64,000 nt of DNA from Dictyostelium discoideum. Lineage: Eukaryota. Made by a program: the position numbers and the translations under genes. A model generated the notes under the pieces. The model made no database searches and was not told the DNA's origin. It saw only the letters and a list, made by a program, of their open reading frames with translations. The stretch spans positions 1,568,001 through 1,632,000 of the forward strand of contig CM000152.2 in assembly GCA_000004695.1 (NCBI GenBank), in the 5' to 3' direction. Each line of letters begins with the position of its first letter. The stretch's first letter is position 1. Below, piece after piece: positions 52,852-64,000 of this stretch.

Positions 52852-53393
52852 CAATCTATCATAAATTATATATATATTAAATATTGATTTATTATTTTTA
52901 AAACTAAATAATTAAAAATAAATAATAATAAAAGAATTAAAAAAAAAAGAATAATAATAAAAACAAAGATTATTTGGTTTCCAAACTTTTTATTATTTTT
53001 TTTATAAAAAAATTATTTTTAATGGTAATATGGAAATTTTAATTAATAGTAATTTGTTATATTTAATTTCTAAATACACTTACCACCTGTTTTCCAAATA
53101 ATCATTTCGATTATTAAAAGATAAGTTTTTTTTAAAAAATAAAATAAGATTAGTAAATTTAATTTGATTAAAATAGGTTATATAGATTTTTAAAAAACAC
53201 AATAAAAAAATAATAAAGAGAGAGAAATGTTAAATATTTATATTTTTTTTTATATGGCAGATGAAAACACCAAAGTGTTTTAATAAATATATATTTATTA
53301 TTATTTTTTTTTTTTAAGGTTTTATTTTTACAATTTTTTTTTTGATTTTTATATTCTGTTTTACAAATTAAATTGTTCGGGCAAATAGAATAT

Positions 53394-54295
53394 TTATTTC
53401 TTTTGTGGACCGTATCTCTTTTTCTTTTCTTCTAAATCACGATTCATCCACCAAATGGCACCAGCAGAGGAACCAGCACCAGCATCACCAGCACCACCTG
53501 AATAAGCAGCACCACCATATTTCTTTGAAGCAGTACGAACAGCAGCTTCAGCAGAGATAAGGGCAAAGTTGAGTTGTTCCTTTAATGGACCACTATCAAT
53601 TTGAGCGAGCATGTTTGTGGCACCGAGACCTTTGACACCTGGAATCTTTGATTCTTCGGTTAAACGGGCTTTTTCTTCTTCGTAAGCACGAATACGTTTG
53701 TTGACTTCTTCGAGAGCTAAACGAGCTTTTTTGATTTCTGGATGTTCATCGTGGTTCATTGAACGAGTACAGAAATCAGCTGGATTGGCGAAATCTTTGT
53801 ATTGATATAAGAGATATTCGAGGAAAGAGACACGACCATCGAAATTGACATCGACTTTTTCTCTTAATTCTTGTTTACGTTTGAGAGCAGTCAACATTTG
53901 TGGTTGAGAGATTGGGTAGGTGGTTGCATAGTTTTTGTTCTTTGGATCTTCACAGAATTTGCATAATTGTTCATAGAAATAGAGAGCAATATCGAAATCC
54001 AAATCGTTACCTTCATCGTATTTGAAAACGAGTTGGATACCTTTGCAATGCATATCAGCATATTTGATTGTTTCCCAACCAACGGAATAGATGAATTCAG
54101 CTTCTTTGCTAACTTCAGCCCAATAAGCATTCAAAAAGTGAACAGCTTGTTGTGAGAATGGTAATTTGGCAACATTACAGAAAAATTCCATAGCTTCAGC
54201 TGATAATTTTTCAGTGAAGGATTGACCTGCCTTGGTTTCTTTAATGAATTAAAAAGATTTTTTAAAATTAATATTTTATTTTATTTATAAACATT

Positions 54296-54328
<33 letters not shown>

Positions 54329-54514
54329 TTTTTTATTATTATTTTTTTTTTTTTTTCATTCATTATTTATTTAATATTATTATTATTATTATTATTTATA
54401 ATTATTTATTATTTATGATTATTTATTTTAAAAAATTATTTATTAAATTAAAAAAATTAATAATAACTTACGCTCAATACCAGTAAGATTTGGTGCAACT
54501 TTTGTTTCTGCCAT
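53394..54514 (-). CDS. abpB: 34-kDa calcium-regulated actin-bundling protein (ABP34), 295 aa, 2 exons
   Basis: Exon 1 is 54514-54472 (MAETKVAPNLTGIE, donor GTAAGT, phase 1) and exon 2 is 54238-53394 (QTKAGQSFTEKLSAEAMEFFCNVAKLPFSQQ...EF-hand-like DVNFDGRVSFLEY...RYGPQKK). The 295-aa length and the sequence fit the Dictyostelium 34-kDa bundler. Codon usage is strongly C-ending (ttc, gtc, ctc, ggt, cgt), as in highly expressed genes. Confidence 0.75.
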
Positions 54515-54719
54515 TATTTATTATATATGAATTGTTGTTTTGAAAATGAATTTAAAAAAAAAAAAAAAAAAATCTTTTATATTCTAAAAAAAAATTTTCT
54601 AAAAAATAAAAAAATTCAAAAAAAAAATTTTAAAAACCCAACTTTTCGGTGGTTGGATCCACTTTTTAACTGAAAAAAAAAAAAAAAATTGTGGATAGTT
54701 GGGTTGAATAACTTTTTTT

Positions 54720-54750
<31 letters not shown>

Positions 54751-54770
54751 GGGTATTGTGAAAATTTAAT

Positions 54771-54826
<56 letters not shown>

Positions 54827-55708
54827 AAAAAAAAATTAATAATAATTATTTTCGTATGATTTTCATATGAACCTGTCAAAATTTATGACAGGAGGCATTA
54901 AAAAAAAAAAAAAACCCAACCGATTTCTTTCGATTACAAAAAATTGGAATGTTTTTATTTTTTTTTCTTTTTTTTTTAATAATTTTTTTTTTTTTTTTTT
55001 TTTATTTTATTATTTTTTTTGTTTTCTTTTTTTTTTATTATTTTTTTTATTTTTTTTTTTTTTATTTTATAGTTAACTAAAAAACCAAATTTGTGATTAG
55101 TTTACCCATAGTATTGATATTTTAAAAACTACCAAATGGTAAGGTTTTCATATGAAAATTTTTTAGAAAACTTTATAAGAAAACCATCCAATTTTATTAA
55201 TAATCATTGATATGTTTCAAATAATTTTTAAATTTTTAAATTTTTTTTATTTAAAATTTTTTTTTTTTTTTTTTTGTAAAATCTAAAAAAATATCTTTTT
55301 TTTTATTTTTCTTATATTATTTTATTTTTTTTTATTTTATTTTATTTTTTTTTTTTTTTTTTTTTTATTTTTTTTTTTTAGGTGGTTGTGAAAAAATAAT
55401 TTATTTTTATTTTTGTGTGATTTTAATATAACATTCCACATCTGTATATAGCGATAGAATGAAATAATTGAAAGGGTGTACCTGTTATTAATTAAAAAAA
55501 ATAATAAAAAAAAAAACAAAAACCAAAAAATAAAAATAAAAAATAAAATATAATATAAAATAAAATAAAACAAAAATTAAACAAGATAAAATAGGGAGCT
55601 AATGGAAAATAAAAAAAAAAAAAGGCTGACCAACCAGTGCCACATAAAATTAGTTTTTACCACTTTAATGCTGAAATTTTATATATCCAGCCAACCTTAT
55701 TCTCTACC

Positions 55709-55749
<41 letters not shown>

Positions 55750-56151
55750 GAAATTCTGATTTTCTAATTCAGCGTGTGGAAAATAAAAAAAATAAAAAAA
55801 TAAAAAAATAAAAAAAAATTTAAAAAAAAAAAAAAAAATCATAATTATTAATTTAAACTAAAAAGAAAAAGAGGAGAAATTAACAAAGAATACCAATCCC
55901 AATTCTATGTGCGATTCTTTTTTTTTTTTTTTTTTTTTTCGTTTTAAAAATTTAATTTAAATATTTTTTTTTTTTTTTTTATTTTCACTTTTTTTTTCGT
56001 TTTAAAAATTTTTTTTTTTTTTAATTTTTTTGATTTTTTTTTTTTTTTAATTTTTTTTAATTAAATTTTCATGCAACATTGTTTTAGGTTCATTAATTAG
56101 TTTTATACTTTTCTTAATTATTATTTTATACAAAAAAAAAACAATTTTAAA

Positions 56152-56711
56152 ATGTCCAGAACAGTTATTTTAACAAGACGTGAGGTATTTTCATCAAGGT
56201 AAGATAAAATACTTTTTTTTTCTCCAATTTTTTTTCTCCTTTTTTTTTCTTTTTTTTTTTTTTTTTTTTCTTGGAAACTTTGGGAAAATGCTTTTTTTTT
56301 TTTTTTTTTTTAGTTTAGAAAAATAATATTAATAACCAATAAATATTTAGTCATAGATTATATTCTGATAAATTAAGTTTAGAAGAAAATAAAAAGATTT
56401 ATGGAAAATGTATAAATTCTCACGGTCATAATTATGTTTTAGAAGTATCAATCAAGGGTGCAGTCAAAGAAGATATTGGTATGTTTATGAATATTACAGA
56501 ACTTAAAGAAATCTTAAAGGAGAAAGTAATGGATAAATTAGATCATAAAAATTTAGAAAATGATGTACCAGAACTCAAAGGTATTGTAACCACCACAGAA
56601 AATTTATCAATCTTTATTTGGGATCAATTATTCCCATCTTTAAAAGATTTTTTATATGAAGTTAAAATTTTGGAAACAGAAAATAATTTTGTAGTTTATA
56701 GAGGTGAATAA
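56152..56711 (+). CDS. ptsA: 6-pyruvoyl-tetrahydropterin synthase (PTPS), 135 aa, 2 exons
   Basis: Exon 1 is 56152-56198 (MSRTVILTRREVFSS, donor GTAAGA) and exon 2 is 56351-56711 (SHRLYSDKLSLEENKKIYGKCINSHGHNYVLEV...LDHKNLENDVPEL...TTENLSIFIWDQL...NNFVVYRGE). These are the signature motifs of PTPS (GHGHNY, E..LDHK.L..DVP, TTEN.A..IW). Confidence 0.9.
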
Positions 56712-57571
56712 AAATAAAATTATAATAAAATTATAATAAAAAAAAAACAAATTAAAAAAAAAAAAAAACATTTAAAATATAATTATTTTTTTATTTTATT
56801 TTATTTTTTTTTTTAAATTGTAAAATTACCATGTCTGATATTAAATTGGTTTCTTTTATTATTTTTGTTAAAATTTTTATTAATTTTTTTTTTTATAAAA
56901 TTAAACCCACTTTGTTAATGATCAAGATATCCCTACCCGAGTAATTGATTGAAAATAAAAATTATTATTAGTGGGGGCATTTTTTATTATTACAAATTCC
57001 AAATAGATTTTTTTATTTCAGACTGAAACTTATTTTTGTATGAGTATTTTCATTTTTTTTAAATGTCCCAAAAACTGATTATTTTATGAGGTTTTTTTTT
57101 TTTTTTTTTGCACATATTTAATTAATATTTTTTTTTTTTATTTAATTTTATTTTGTTTTATTTTTTTTTAAATATCTTTTTAAATACAATTGGAGAAAAT
57201 ATTTTGGTGACTAACCTTTTTATTGACAATTTATTCCAAAGAAGCTTTGAATAAAATGAAAAATATTATAATTTTTTTAAATATCATATCTTATTATAAT
57301 TTTCATATTTTTAATTATTTTCCAAAATAAAAAAAAAAAATAATAAAATTGATAATTATCAATATAAAAGCCAATTAAATACATTAGATTTATTAATTGA
57401 ATCGAAGGTCATCGATTCAAATTTACAAGAAAATAATAATGATAATGATTGTAATTCAAGTCCTTCCGAAATTTCCAATCAAAGTAATGAAGATATTTAC
57501 TATATTAAAATTGAAAAAAATTCAAAAGTATTTTTTGGAGGATTTATTTCAAAAATGATTTCAAACGGTAG

Positions 57572-57898
57572 ACCAACTTACCTACCCTCAGAAATAGTTT
57601 CAAGTACCCAGATTTCTCTATTATTGCATTAAAATTAACACATTGCGACAATTGCATAATTGATCCAGGTAATTATTATTATTTTTATCTTAAATATTAA
57701 AAAATGATACTAATAATTAAAAATATTACTACAGATTTCTCTGTGTTATTGTCCTCAGATTTCGATAAAACTTGTGATAAAAGTGGAACTCCATCATATG
57801 TTATAGCCCTATCAATTGTTTTACCAGTTTTTGGTATATGTGCTATTGTGATTCCAATTGTCTACTATAGAAATCATCAAAAAGGGAAAAAACTATAA
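57572..57898 (+). CDS. Small single-pass membrane protein, last two exons only (upstream exons and ATG not resolved)
   Basis: Candidate exon 57572-57668 (TNLPTLRNSFKYPDFSIIALKLTHCDNCIIDP, donor GTAATT, phase 1) joins 57735-57898 (DFSVLLSSDFDKTCDKSGTPSYVIALSIVLPVFGICAIVIPIVYYRNHQKGKKL stop). There is a hydrophobic TM segment near the C-terminus. Confidence 0.35.
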
Positions 57899-58036
57899 CT
57901 TGTTTAAAAAATTCTCTCAAGCAAAATAAATAATTGTTTATTTTAAATATATTTGATTTAAATATGTTGTACAATAAAATCTTTTTTAAATTTTATTAAA
58001 CTTTATTTTTTTTTTTTTTTTGGTGTGATTTGGGTA

Positions 58037-64000
<5,964 letters not shown>

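Overview
The window is AT-rich eukaryotic nuclear DNA (about 75-80 percent A+T), with short GT..AG introns, long homopolymer/microsatellite tracts and poly-Asn/poly-Gln coding repeats, all typical of Dictyostelium discoideum. It is not prokaryotic, and no defence-system or CRISPR-type architecture is present. Reading left to right: (1) a tRNA-Cys(GCA) gene with a retrotransposon cluster just downstream of it, consisting of one apparently intact about 5.2-kb TRE3-like non-LTR element (ORF1 plus APE-RT ORF2, poly(A) tail, target-site duplications) and a second, degenerate copy with an unusual 70-bp inverted repeat; (2) a five-exon CD-MPR-like type I membrane protein gene; (3) ribosomal protein L31 (one intron carrying a GC-rich structured element, a candidate snoRNA); (4) PAN3 deadenylase subunit (multi-exon, polyQ, assembly gap of 100 N); (5) a roughly 3100-aa UTP20-like HEAT-repeat gene with three small 5' exons; (6) a 5.6-kb stretch with no recognisable gene but several GC islands and one candidate small exon; (7) an A/B-type cyclin; (8) a small coiled-coil protein; (9) a SHIP164/UHRF1BP1 (BLTP3)-like chorein-N protein; (10) a 1322-aa low-complexity protein with about 600 bp of (CAA)n and a coding minisatellite; (11) a CH-IQ-DH-PH RhoGEF; (12) a BTB-Kelch protein; (13) the 34-kDa calcium-regulated actin-bundling protein (abpB-like, 295 aa); (14) 6-pyruvoyl-tetrahydropterin synthase; (15) a small C-terminal-TM protein; (16) the 3' two-thirds of a DEPDC5/Iml1 (GATOR1) homologue running off the window end. 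Gene models were built by hand from splice signals and reading-frame continuity. The ORF track uses alternative start codons, so several of its M residues are TTG or GTG and are not real starts.
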